Shown here: positions 45,752-56,200 of the stretch, piece by piece
How positions within the stretch are numbered: position 1 is the first letter of the stretch
Layout: each line of letters begins with the position of its first letter
NCBI GenBank assembly: GCA_040387795.1
Contig: JAZKDC010000011.1
Span: 104,561 to 168,560, forward strand
Source of the DNA: Verrucomicrobiota bacterium
GTDB taxonomy: Bacteria > Verrucomicrobiota > Verrucomicrobiia > Verrucomicrobiales > V1-33
Direction of reading: 5' to 3'
Length of the DNA stretch: 64,000 bases
Translations under genes and position numbers: made by a program
Notes under the pieces: model-generated
Told to the model about the DNA's origin: nothing
The model's database searches: none
The model's input: the letters and a program-made list of their open reading frames with translations, nothing else

Positions 45752-47176
45752 TTACCGGCGCCGGCGGGTGGCCGACAAGCCGAGTGCCGCGAGGGCCAGC
45801 ATGGCTGCCGTGGGTTCTGGAACCTGCTGGACCAACAGGTTGTCGAACACCGCATTCACACTGTCGCCAATGGCGCGGGTCTGGCCGGTCAGGATCACTT
45901 TATACTCGGAGGGGAAGTTGCTGAATCCCTGGACGGCCTGGAGGACTCCATCCAACCTGATCTCGACGTTGAACTGCCCGGCAACACCGGTGGGAATGAC
46001 GTTGAGGCCCATTTCATGGGAGCCGGTATCGGCATCCAGGCTGTCGGCGAGCGCCAGATTGTTGCCGCTGCCGGTGGCCGAGGCCGCGCCGGTTCCTCCA
46101 ACGTCCTTGGCGTTGTAACCCCAGCCCCCTTCATTGAAGTTTTGGGAGAAGTGGAGGTAGTGATCCGCATCGCCATAGATCCATAGGCTGGAGCGGAAGG
46201 CGGTGCCTGATCCTGTCAGGGAAACGCGGTCCACGGAGATTTCCGTTTCCAGTGAGCTGTTGAAGGACAGGTTCGATTCGATGCTGCTGCCAAACCAGTA
46301 TTGGGAGGTCACCGTGCCCCCGAGGACCACCTGATTGCCGGCCGTGGAGGGGGCATTGAGTCCGGCGGGACCCACGTTTTCCAGTCCACGCTCGGTCGCG
46401 GTCCAGTTGGCCAGGCCGCTGGAGAAATTATCCGAGAGGACTGGGGCGAGGACGGCGGCCGCAGGAGAACCCGGGGCGTTGGCCGGAGTGTAGATGCCGC
46501 GGGCGATCCCGGAGACGGAGGTGACGGGGACCGCCGAGGTCCAGGTGGCGACATCGCTGAGGCGGCCCTGCCATCCCTCGCCTCCGGCGGCGGCATCGCC
46601 TCCGAAGTAGAGCGGCGTTCCGGCATCCAGGTTTTCGGTGCCTGTGGAGACGACATTGCCCAGAGCGATGCCGTTGCGGAAGTAGGTCATGAGCCGTCCC
46701 TGCTTGACCACCGAATTGTGAGTCCAGGTGGACGCCGTGAAATCCGGGTAATTGATGTTATCGTTGAAGGTGACCGGCGCGTTGTCGCGGTATTCAAATT
46801 GATTGGGGGTGAACTTGGCCCAGCCGCTGTCAGGCTGGCGGTTCCCGACCATGATATCATTGTTCAACGGCTGGGCGGCATCCGCCTTGGACCAGAAGGC
46901 CCACGTGAAATTCGACGCCGGGGTGATGACCCCAACGGTTCCGGCGGCGATGTAGGTTCCGGCGGCCCCGTTGAATTCCGCCACCGTGCCCCGCTGCGGA
47001 TCGGTAACCCAATTCACCCCTCCATTCAGGGTTCCATTGCTGCCGGTGCCGGCATTCACCGCCACGGTGCCGCTGCCGTCGTTCAGCGGCCAGTAACTAT
47101 CAGCGGCAGCGAGGCTGGCGTGGGTGGAAAGTCCGAGCAGGGAGCAGACCAGTAAGTTGGATTTCAGGGAGGTCAT
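45752..47176 (-). CDS. LamG-domain surface protein with PEP-CTERM sorting signal
   Basis: Signal peptide. LamG block (YWPLNDGSGT.., FTWAFWSKAD, GNRQPDSGWAKFTPNQFEY, LYFGGD..GEGWQGRLSDVATW). Second beta domain. C-terminal VPEPTAAMLALAALGLSATRRRR. Confidence 0.8.
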   Translation of the reverse strand: MTSLKSNLLVCSLLGLSTHASLAAADSYWPLNDGSGTVAVNAGTGSNGTLNGGVNWVTDPQRGTVAEFNGAAGTYIAAGTVGVITPASNFTWAFWSKADAAQPLNNDIMVGNRQPDSGWAKFTPNQFEYRDNAPVTFNDNINYPDFTASTWTHNSVVKQGRLMTYFRNGIALGNVVSTGTENLDAGTPLYFGGDAAAGGEGWQGRLSDVATWTSAVPVTSVSGIARGIYTPANAPGSPAAAVLAPVLSDNFSSGLANWTATERGLENVGPAGLNAPSTAGNQVVLGGTVTSQYWFGSSIESNLSFNSSLETEISVDRVSLTGSGTAFRSSLWIYGDADHYLHFSQNFNEGGWGYNAKDVGGTGAASATGSGNNLALADSLDADTGSHEMGLNVIPTGVAGQFNVEIRLDGVLQAVQGFSNFPSEYKVILTGQTRAIGDSVNAVFDNLLVQQVPEPTAAMLALAALGLSATRRRR

Positions 47177-47267
47177 GGTGTTTCAGGAAATAGGGAGGAA
47201 ATAAGGAGGAAATGGGGATGGTGGAGGATCCCATCCGGGGATGGGGCAGGGTTCGTTGTTCCCGGTA

Positions 47268-50189
47268 TCAGGGAGCGGCGAAGGCGCGGATTTGGTAGAA
47301 AATGCGGTTTTCCGTGGCGGTGTTGGGGTTGCCGCCTGGCTGGACCGTGTAGGTACCCGTGGTCAGGGCATCCACCACTTCTTTCCAGAGGCCCGGATCC
47401 GTGGGATCCGTGGAAGCCCAGACGGCATAGGTGAAGCCCGGTGAAGTGGGCCAGGTGAGGGTCACCCGGCGTGCCGTGTCCATGCTCACGCTGGAGATGG
47501 CGAAGCCGTCCGTGGGCAATGTGGTATCGGCCACCACCGCGGCGATCTGGGCATCCGTCAGGGCGGTGGAGAACAACCGGATGTCGGAGAGGTAGCCACT
47601 CCAGTTTTCCACTCCCTGCCCGCCAAAAAAGAGCGGAAGGTCGAGGTCCGGGGCTCCGGTGAGGGTGACCGTGGCGGTGGGAATGCCATCACGGTAGGTA
47701 GTCAGGGAGGGCCCGTCCTTGACGACGGAGAAGTGCATCCACACACTTTGGGGCAGGTCGGGAATATCGGCATTTTCGCCGATTCCATTCCAATGCCATT
47801 CAAAGGCGGAAGTGGTCAGTTTGATGAACTGGCGGGGCACAAATTCCGCGCCGAAGGCGTCGAAACGGTTGCCGATGATGATGTCGTTGTTGGGGCCCTG
47901 GTTCGATTTGACCCGGCACGTCAGGGTGAAGTCTCCGGAAAGGCCAGGCGCCGGGAAGTTGCCGGAATCAGGCGGGGAACCGACCGTGACAAAAGCCCCG
48001 GTGGCGTCCACCCCATTGAAGCTGAGCACCATGCCGTGTCCCGGTTCCGTCACCCAGGCGGCGCCATCCAATCCCAGACCGCCAAATTGATCATTGCTCA
48101 GGGTGCCGGGAGCCGCTGGTCCGGAGACCGACCGGACCACGGTCCCGGCTCCGTCGTTGAGCGGCCACCATCCGTAGAGTGTGGTGGGGGGAGCCGTCGA
48201 TTCCTGGATCCGCAGGCTGATGGTGGCTTCCGAAGTCAGGCCACCGGGATCGGTGACGCGCACCCTCATGCTGGCGACCCCGGTATCTCCGGCGGTGGGG
48301 GTGCCGCTCAGGGCTCCGTTGGGAGCCAGGCTCAACCAAGCCGGACCGGAAAGTGCGGTAAAAGTCAGGGTGCCGCTTTCCGGGTCGGTGGCGCGCCCGG
48401 CGAGTGTTGCGGTATAGGCGGTGCCGGCGGTGGCGGTGGCCAGCACATAGGAGGGGGAGGAAAAAACCGGTGGAAGGTTCGCCACGGGCAGGCGGGTGAC
48501 CTGCACATCGTCAAACTGGGCGGTCACGAGGTCCCCGATGGCCCGGGCCTGTCCGGTCAGGATGACTTTGAAGTTGTTGGGAAAATTGGTGAATCCCTGC
48601 ACCCCGGCCAGATTGCCGTCGACGAACATTTGGATATTCACACTGCCGGGAGCAGCTCCCGGGATCAGGCGCAGGCTCATGACGTGCTCGCCTCCGTCGC
48701 CATCCAGAGGGTCCAGCAGCGCGAGATTGTTGCCGCCGCCGGTCGGCAGCAAGGTGCCGGCGCCGCCGTCGTCCCGGGCATTGTACTGCCAGCCATTTTC
48801 CCCCCGGTTCTGGGAGAAGTGCAGGTAATGGGCATTGTCTCCTAAAATCCAGAGACTGGACCGGCCGGCAGTGCCGGTGTAATCAAGCAGGACCCGTTTG
48901 ACCGAGACCTCGGTCTCGATCCGGGAATCGAAGGTATCTACGGATTCCAAGCTGGTGCCGAACCAGTATTGGGAGTTGGTGGTGCCCCCGAGGGTCACAG
49001 TTCCCAAATTCACCAGCGGGGCATCATAGCCGGCGGCGGCATTGCTTTCCAAGCCCCGGGTGGTGGCGGTCCATTTGGACAGATCACCGGAAAAGTTGTC
49101 TGACATGATCGGGGTCAAGGCCGGAGCCGGGACGATCAGGGGGGCCGTGTCCGGTTTGTAGGTTCCCGCGGCAAGGCCCTGAATGGCCCGGAGCGGCAGG
49201 GCGGCTTTCCAAGTGGCTACTTCATCCATCAGTCCCTGCCAGCCTTCGCCGGTGGCAACGGCGTCCCCTCCGAAATACATCGGGGTGAGTTCGGGCAGGG
49301 TGCCAGTGGCCACGCCGCCGACCAAAGCAATCCCGTTGCGGTAGTAGGTGAAGTCCGCCCCGCTTTTCACCACGGCGTTATGCACCCAGGTGCCAGTGGC
49401 GAAATCTGGATAGTTCAGTCCCGTGTTGAAAGTGGGGGTAATGTCGCGGTACTCAAATTGGGTTGGCGTGAACTTGGTCCAGCCCGCGTCCGGCTGGCGG
49501 TTGCCCAGGATGACGTCGTTGTTCACCGGCTGGGCAGGATCGGCGTTGGACCAGAACGTCCAGGTGAAATCCTGGGTGGTGGAGATCGGACCGATCTGGG
49601 CGGCGTTGACGTAGGTTCCGGCGATGCCATCGAAGCCCAGCACGGACCCGCGCGTGGCATCCGTGACCCAGGAAACTCCGCCATTCAGCTGGGCGGTATT
49701 CCCCGCGGGGACGGCATTGGCGGTAGTGGTGCCGGTGCCTTCTTCCATGCTCCAATAATTGGTCATGGCACGGAGGACCTGGCCGCGGATTTCCCCGGCC
49801 GGGAAGTCGCCGGTGTGCAGATTGATGTACCACAACCCGGCGAGCAGATCCGCCGCCTGCACCGGCGTAATCGTGGCGCTGCCGGAGATGGGATTGCTGG
49901 CGGTACCGATCCCGACCTGAACGCCGGCATCGGCCCCGGGGGCAGCCGGGCCGTGAAAATGCAGCTGATCGGCGGAACTGGTGATGTCCTTCCAGGACAC
50001 GGTCCAAGTGAGTTGCCCGGTGGCATCGTTGTAACTGACCAGTCCCTTGCCCGTGGCTGCGGAACCGGTGGCGGACTGGACGCCATCCAGGTCAGCCTGC
50101 AGCCAGGTGACCGCGGCTCCCGCGGAGAGGGTGGAACAGGTGAGCAGCGCAAGACTGCCGATCCAGAGGCGGGGGGAGGATGAGTTCAT
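47268..50189 (-). CDS. CHRD - LamG - beta domain - putative Ig (He_PIG-like) - LamG - Fn3-like multidomain secreted protein
   Basis: CHRD block (LHFHGPAAPGADAGV..WYINLHTGDFPAGEIRGQV). The LamG and beta domains are ~60% identical by eye to the neighbour 45752-47176. Ig-like PPVFSS..TFTALSGPAWLSL..GALSGTP. Second LamG (WWPLNDGAG..). Start at ATG 50189, with 50246 as an alternative. Confidence 0.8.
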   Translation of the reverse strand: MNSSSPRLWIGSLALLTCSTLSAGAAVTWLQADLDGVQSATGSAATGKGLVSYNDATGQLTWTVSWKDITSSADQLHFHGPAAPGADAGVQVGIGTASNPISGSATITPVQAADLLAGLWYINLHTGDFPAGEIRGQVLRAMTNYWSMEEGTGTTTANAVPAGNTAQLNGGVSWVTDATRGSVLGFDGIAGTYVNAAQIGPISTTQDFTWTFWSNADPAQPVNNDVILGNRQPDAGWTKFTPTQFEYRDITPTFNTGLNYPDFATGTWVHNAVVKSGADFTYYRNGIALVGGVATGTLPELTPMYFGGDAVATGEGWQGLMDEVATWKAALPLRAIQGLAAGTYKPDTAPLIVPAPALTPIMSDNFSGDLSKWTATTRGLESNAAAGYDAPLVNLGTVTLGGTTNSQYWFGTSLESVDTFDSRIETEVSVKRVLLDYTGTAGRSSLWILGDNAHYLHFSQNRGENGWQYNARDDGGAGTLLPTGGGNNLALLDPLDGDGGEHVMSLRLIPGAAPGSVNIQMFVDGNLAGVQGFTNFPNNFKVILTGQARAIGDLVTAQFDDVQVTRLPVANLPPVFSSPSYVLATATAGTAYTATLAGRATDPESGTLTFTALSGPAWLSLAPNGALSGTPTAGDTGVASMRVRVTDPGGLTSEATISLRIQESTAPPTTLYGWWPLNDGAGTVVRSVSGPAAPGTLSNDQFGGLGLDGAAWVTEPGHGMVLSFNGVDATGAFVTVGSPPDSGNFPAPGLSGDFTLTCRVKSNQGPNNDIIIGNRFDAFGAEFVPRQFIKLTTSAFEWHWNGIGENADIPDLPQSVWMHFSVVKDGPSLTTYRDGIPTATVTLTGAPDLDLPLFFGGQGVENWSGYLSDIRLFSTALTDAQIAAVVADTTLPTDGFAISSVSMDTARRVTLTWPTSPGFTYAVWASTDPTDPGLWKEVVDALTTGTYTVQPGGNPNTATENRIFYQIRAFAAP

Positions 50190-50278
50190 GACAAATATTG
50201 CTGAAAGGGATACGAAGATGAATGGAACGCGTTTCAGAGTGTGCAACGCTCTGCCGTAAATGTCACTTTCAATTTAAC

Positions 50279-53200
50279 ATGTCTTCCCTCTCCCCCCGAT
50301 ACCGCCTCCTGATTGTCAAGGGATTTGCTCTTGCCGCAGCGTTGACCACCGCCAGCCGGGGGGCGGACAGTGTGGTGATTTTCAATGAGGTGCAATATCA
50401 CCCCGCCGCAGGCGGGACGGAATGGGTCGAGCTGAGGAATCTGAATGGAGTCAATGTTGACGTCTCTGGTTGGCGCTTGAGCAGCGCGGTCGATTTCCGG
50501 TTTCCTGAAGGGATCGTGATTCCCGGGCATGGATTCCTGCTGGTGGCGGCCAATCCAGCGCATCCATCCCTCGCTGGGAAAGCGGCGTTGGGTCCCTTCA
50601 CAGGATCCCTCGCCAACAGTGGAGAAACGCTGCGCCTGCGGAATCAAACCGACCGCATCATGGATGAAATGACCTGGTCGGATGGCGGGGACTGGCCGGT
50701 AGGGGCGGATGGCTCGGGTTCCACTCTGGCAAGGACGCAGCAGGGCACCGCGGCCGCCGGGCCGGAAAACTGGACTGCCAGTCCGGAGGCTGGGGGCACG
50801 CCCAAGGCCTCCAATTTCGCCGCCGCCGGAGCGCCCGCGGCGGTGACTCAGGTGATCTCCCGCACCGATAACTGGAAGGCCCGGGCGGAAAACACCGCGC
50901 CCCCGGCCGGTTGGAAGGCCATTGGCTTTGATGATAGCACGTGGACCAGTGGGGCGGCGGCCTTTTATGCAGGCACCCCGGCCTCGTCGGGAGCCGGTGA
51001 AGGCCTGCTGGCGTGGTGGCCTCTGAACGAAACCACTGGCACCACCGCCGCCAACGCCGCTCCGGGAGGGGCGGCCGCCAGCCTGCAGGGAGCCACGTGG
51101 ATCAACGACGCGATCAGGGGACGGGTGCTGTCGCTGGAAGGCGCCAGCGACTACGTTGCCGCCGGGGCCACCGCAGTGCCGGTGATGACCCTGACCAATG
51201 ATTTCACCTGGGCATTCCACGCCTGGAGCGGGGAAACCGGGACCAGCAATGTCATCCTGGGCAACCGCTACAGTCCTTCGGGCAGCGATTTCAACCCCCG
51301 CGAGTTCATCAAATTCACCCCTGGCCAGTTTGAGTTCCACCGGAATGGCGGGGGCGAAAACATCGATTACCCTGACCTCCCCACCGGTAGCTGGGTGCAC
51401 CATGCCGTGGTGAAGAAGGGGGCCTCCATCACCTATTACCGGAATGGGACCACCGCCGGTTCGGCCACTATCACTCAACCCACCCAAAATCCGCAGCCGT
51501 TGTATTTCGGGGGCGACCGCACCGCGGAAAACTGGTCGGGCCGGCTCGACGACGTCGCGCTGTGGACGAAGGCGCTCCCGGCCTCCTCCGTGGCAGGATT
51601 GGCCTCGGGTTCGTTCACGCCACTGACCACTCCCACGGATCCTGACGGAGGGGCCAGCCTGACGACAGCCCTGTCGGCGGGCAGTAGCACCTTTTATTTC
51701 CGGAAGACCTTTTCCTTCTCCGGCAACCCCGCCCTGACCACGCTGACGCTCGAACATCTGGTCGACGATGGCGCGGTTTTCCATCTCAACGGCGTTGAAA
51801 TCCAGCGGGTGAATTTACCAGCGGGGGCGGTCTCCCATGGCACCCTGGCGACCGGGGAAATCACGGACGCCGCCTGGTCCGGGGCCATCACCCTGCCAGG
51901 CACCGCCCTGGTTTCCGGGACCAATGTCCTGGCGGTGGAAGTGCACCAGCAGGCGGCGGTGGACCCTGACATGCTTTTTGCGGCTTCCCTGAGCACCGCA
52001 GAGGAACCTGCTCCCTTGCCCGGATTGGTTCCCGGTCTGGTCCTCAACGAGATCACTTCTGCCACTGATCCCGCCTTCCGGGTGGAACTCGCCAACGAAG
52101 GCACCCAGCCAGTCGTCCTGACGGGCTGGACGCTGCGTTCCTCCAGTGGAGCCTCGGTTTCCCTGCCGGCCCAGTCCCTGGCGGCGGGAGGATTTCTCTC
52201 CCTGGATGCGGGGGCACTGGGTTTTACCCCGCTGGATGGAGACCGGTTGTTTTTGATCGCTCCGGATGGCCTCCTGACCGATGCGCGGGCGGTGACCAAC
52301 CGCCTCCGCGGCCGCCTCGACGGGCAATGGTTATACCCCGCGTCCTCCACGCCGGGCACGGCGAATGCCTTCGCGCCCGCCAGCGAGGTGGTGATTAATG
52401 AAATCATGTATCACGCCCGCCCGCTGGCGGCCATGCCCGGAACTCCGGCGACTTATGGCACCAGTTCCCTGCTGGGCTGGAATGCGGTCTGGCGTTATCT
52501 GGCGGATGGCTCCAACCCCGGCGACACCTGGGAAACCGTGGCCCATCCTGCCGGCGGAGGCTGGCTCACGGGCACCGGGCCGATGGGTTATGAATCGTCG
52601 CCCGGAGTGCCGGTGCATCCCTTCATGACCACACTGGCAGCACCGGCGGGGCAAAGCCCGTTTGTGAGGACGTATTTTTTTGAAAGCGGGTTCACCCTGA
52701 CTGCGGCGCAGATCGCGGCGATTTCTGCCCTGCAGATCACTCATGAATTTGACGACGGGGCCATCATTCATCTCAATGGGACCGAGGTGCACCGCTTTCA
52801 AATGCCGGCGGAACCGGTCACCGCGGCCTCTTTCGCCACCGGCACCGGCGATGCGGTCCTGACTGGACCCGTGGTGCTCCCCGGGGCGGCCGCGCTCCTC
52901 GTGCCGGGCCTGAACCGGATTTCAGTGGAGGTCCATCAGGGCAGCGAGGGCAGCAGCGATGTCGTTTTTGCCCTGTCGCTGGAAGCCTTGGCGGAATTGA
53001 CGCCCGCGGTCCCGGCGCAACCTTTCCGGGATTCGGATGAACAATGGATCGAGCTGTATAACAAAGGCACGGCTGCGGTGGACCTCGCCGGCTGGAAGCT
53101 AGGCGGGGCGGTGGATTTCACCTTTTTGCCGGGCGCTTCCCTCGCCCCGGGAGGATATCTCGTGGTGTCGGGCAATGCGGCGGTGTTCACTGCCGCGCAT

Positions 53201-56200
53201 CCCGGACAGCCTCTGGCGGGCGTCTGGAGCGGGAATTTGTCAGGCAGCGGGGAGCGGATCGATCTGCTGGATGCGGCAGGCAACCCGGCGGATACCGTGG
53301 ATTACCATGATGGGGGCCGCTGGCCGGAAGCGGCGGACGGCGCGGGTTCCAGCCTTGAATTGCGTGACCCCCGGTCCGGCAATCAGGGTCCGGATGCCTG
53401 GGCCTCCAGCAACGAAAGAGCACGCACCGCCTGGCAGACCGTCAGCTACACCAGCGCCGCCACCAATGGTCAGGGGGATCCCACGCTGTATAACGAATTG
53501 ATCCTTGGCCTGCTGGATGCTGGGGAAATCCTGTTGGATGACATTTCGGTGATCGAGGATCCCAATGGAACGGCCCGGCAGCTGATTCAGAACGGAAATT
53601 TCAGCGGTGGCACCACCAGTTCCTGGCGGATGCTGGGAACGCATCGTCACACCGCAGTGATCGATGATCCGGACAGTCCCGGAAACAAGGTGCTCCATCT
53701 CACCGCCAGCGGGTCAGCCGAACACATGCACAATCACGCGGAAACCACCTTGAAAAGTGGAGCCAGTTTCGTCACCATCAACAGTGCCCAGACCTACCGG
53801 ATCAGCTACCGGGTGCGTTGGCTCAGTGGGTCGAATCTGCTGAACAGCCGGCTCTATTTCAACCGGGCGGCCCGCACCACGGTATTGAATGCGCCTTTGA
53901 CCGCAGGCACGCCCGGATTGGTGAACTCCACCCATGTGGCCAATGCCGGACCCGGCGGGCAGGGGCTGATTCATGCCCCGGCGGTGCCCGCGGCCGGGCA
54001 GGCGGCGGTGGTTTCGGTGGAACTGGCCGATCCTGACGGCATTGCGGCTGCGACCTTGTTTTATGCGGTGAATGGCGGGGCCTTCACGTCCACCGCCATG
54101 GCCAATCAGGGCGGCGGCGCCTGGACCGGCACCATCCCGGCGCAAGGCTCCGGAGCCAAAGTGCAATTTTATGTCAGGGCGGTGGACGTTTTGGGCGCGG
54201 AATCGTTCCTGCCCGCCGGCGGACCGGACTCCCGGGCCATGGTGCCCTGGGCGGATGGCCAGGCGAATCTGGACTATGGGGACTGCCAGCCCAACAATCT
54301 GCGCATCGTGATGACCACCGCCGACGCGGATTTCATGCACACTCCGGCTCAGGTGATGAGCAATGACCGGATCCCCTGCACCATCATCTATAATGAAAGC
54401 CAGATCTACTACGGATGCGGCGTGCGCCTGAAGGGAAGCCAGCGCGGCCGCCCCCAGGATGTGCGGGTGGGATACAGCATCAGTTTTCCCCCGGACCAGT
54501 TGTTTCTGGGAGCCCATGGCACCATCGCGGTGGACCGTTCCGGCTCCGGCGATCAATTCAGTCAGAAGGAAATCCTGATCAAACACGCCATCAACCACGC
54601 CGGAGGCATCCCCGGCATGGAGGACGATCTCATCCGCATCATCGCGCCCCGCTCAACCCACACCGGCTCCGCCATCCTGCTGAAGTCGCGCTTTGACAAG
54701 GAGTGGAGCGATAACCAATACGACAATGGCAGTGACGGCCGGATGTTCGAGTATGAGCTGATTTATTACGCCACCACCACCACCGGCGGCGTGGAAGGGC
54801 TGAAACTGCCCAATCCTGACAATGTCTCGGGCGTGGCGATGCGGACGCAGGGCGGCCTGGACAAGGAGCTTTACCGGTGGCATTGGCTGATCGACAGCAA
54901 CAAGGACGCGGACGATTACAGTGGATTGATCGGCATGCTGGAGGCCCTGGGCCTGTCTGGCACCGCCTTCCGCGACACCATGGACCAGCGGGTGGATGTG
55001 GACCAGTGGCTGCGCGCCTTTGCGGTGCAGGCCCTCTTCGGCATGGGCGACAGCTACAGCTCCGGCTCGCAGCACAATCTGCTGCTCTATTTTCGTCCGG
55101 ACGACGGGAAGGCCATGTATTTCCCCTGGGACATGGACTTTGCCTTCAGCAACGGGGCCACTTCGGGAGTCACTGACAATGGGGACCTGGGCCGGTTGCT
55201 GGCCGCCAGTCCGGCATGGGAGCGCGCCTACTACGGACACCTCCGCGATATCATCACCACCACGTTCAATACCACCTACATGACGCCGTGGGCGCAGCAT
55301 TATTCCTGCTTCCTCCCCACCGAGGATCTCACTGGTTATCTTTCCTATATCAATACCCGGCGCACCACGGTGCTCGGGCTCATCAGTGCTGCGGTGGCCC
55401 AGGTGCCTTACCGCATCAACTCCCCCGATGGCACCCCCACCAGCCAATCCACCGTGCTCCTGCAAGGGGACGCCTGGGTGGATGTGGCCGAAATCCGCCT
55501 CGCCTCCACCGGTCTTCCCCTGATTCTGACATGGACGGATGACAATTCGTGGCAAGCCTCGGTGCCGGTTCCATCCGGTAATTCCGTGGTGGTGCTGAAC
55601 GCCTATGACCGTCAGGGAAATCTGATCGGTTCCGACACCGTCCAAGTGAGCAGCACCAGCAGCGCGGCCCTGGCCGGACCGGAGAATCTGGCCATTTCGG
55701 AGATTATGTACCATCCTGCCGACCCCACCCCTGCGGAGCTGGCAGCGGGCTTTTCGGATGCCGATGACTTCGAGTTCATCGAGGTCGCAAACCTCTCTGC
55801 CGGTTCCGTGGCGCTGGGCAGTGCCGGCCTGACGGATGGCGTGACCCTGACATTGCCAGCCTCCACGCTGCCGGCCGGGGGCCGGGCGGTGATTGTCAAA
55901 AACGCCGTGGCTTTCCGGGCCCGTTATGGAACTGCGATCGCCATCGCTGGCGAATATGGTTCGTCGTTGTCACCTTCCCTCAGCAATGCCGGGGAGCACC
56001 TCCAACTGAATTCGGCCAACGGAGTGCCCATTGCCGGAGTGGAGTGGAGCGACACCGCCCCCTGGCCCGCCGGAGCGGATGGCGCGGGTTATTCGATGGT
56101 GCTCATGGGGCCCGGTTCCCGGGATCCGGCTTTGCCGCAAAACTGGCGGCACAGCCAAAGCCCGGGCGGCAGTCCCGGGGCAGATGACGCCATTCCCCTC

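Noticed and set aside
50190-50278. Sigma-70 promoters in the 89-nt divergent intergenic region between the CHRD-LamG and CotH genes
   Set aside because: Only weak hexamer matches are present (for example TTCAGA-18 nt-TAAATG). That is not enough to annotate a promoter without data.
50234-51784. 516-aa minus-strand ORF
   Set aside because: It is antisense to the 5' part of the LTD/CotH giant gene. It would also overlap the divergent promoter region.
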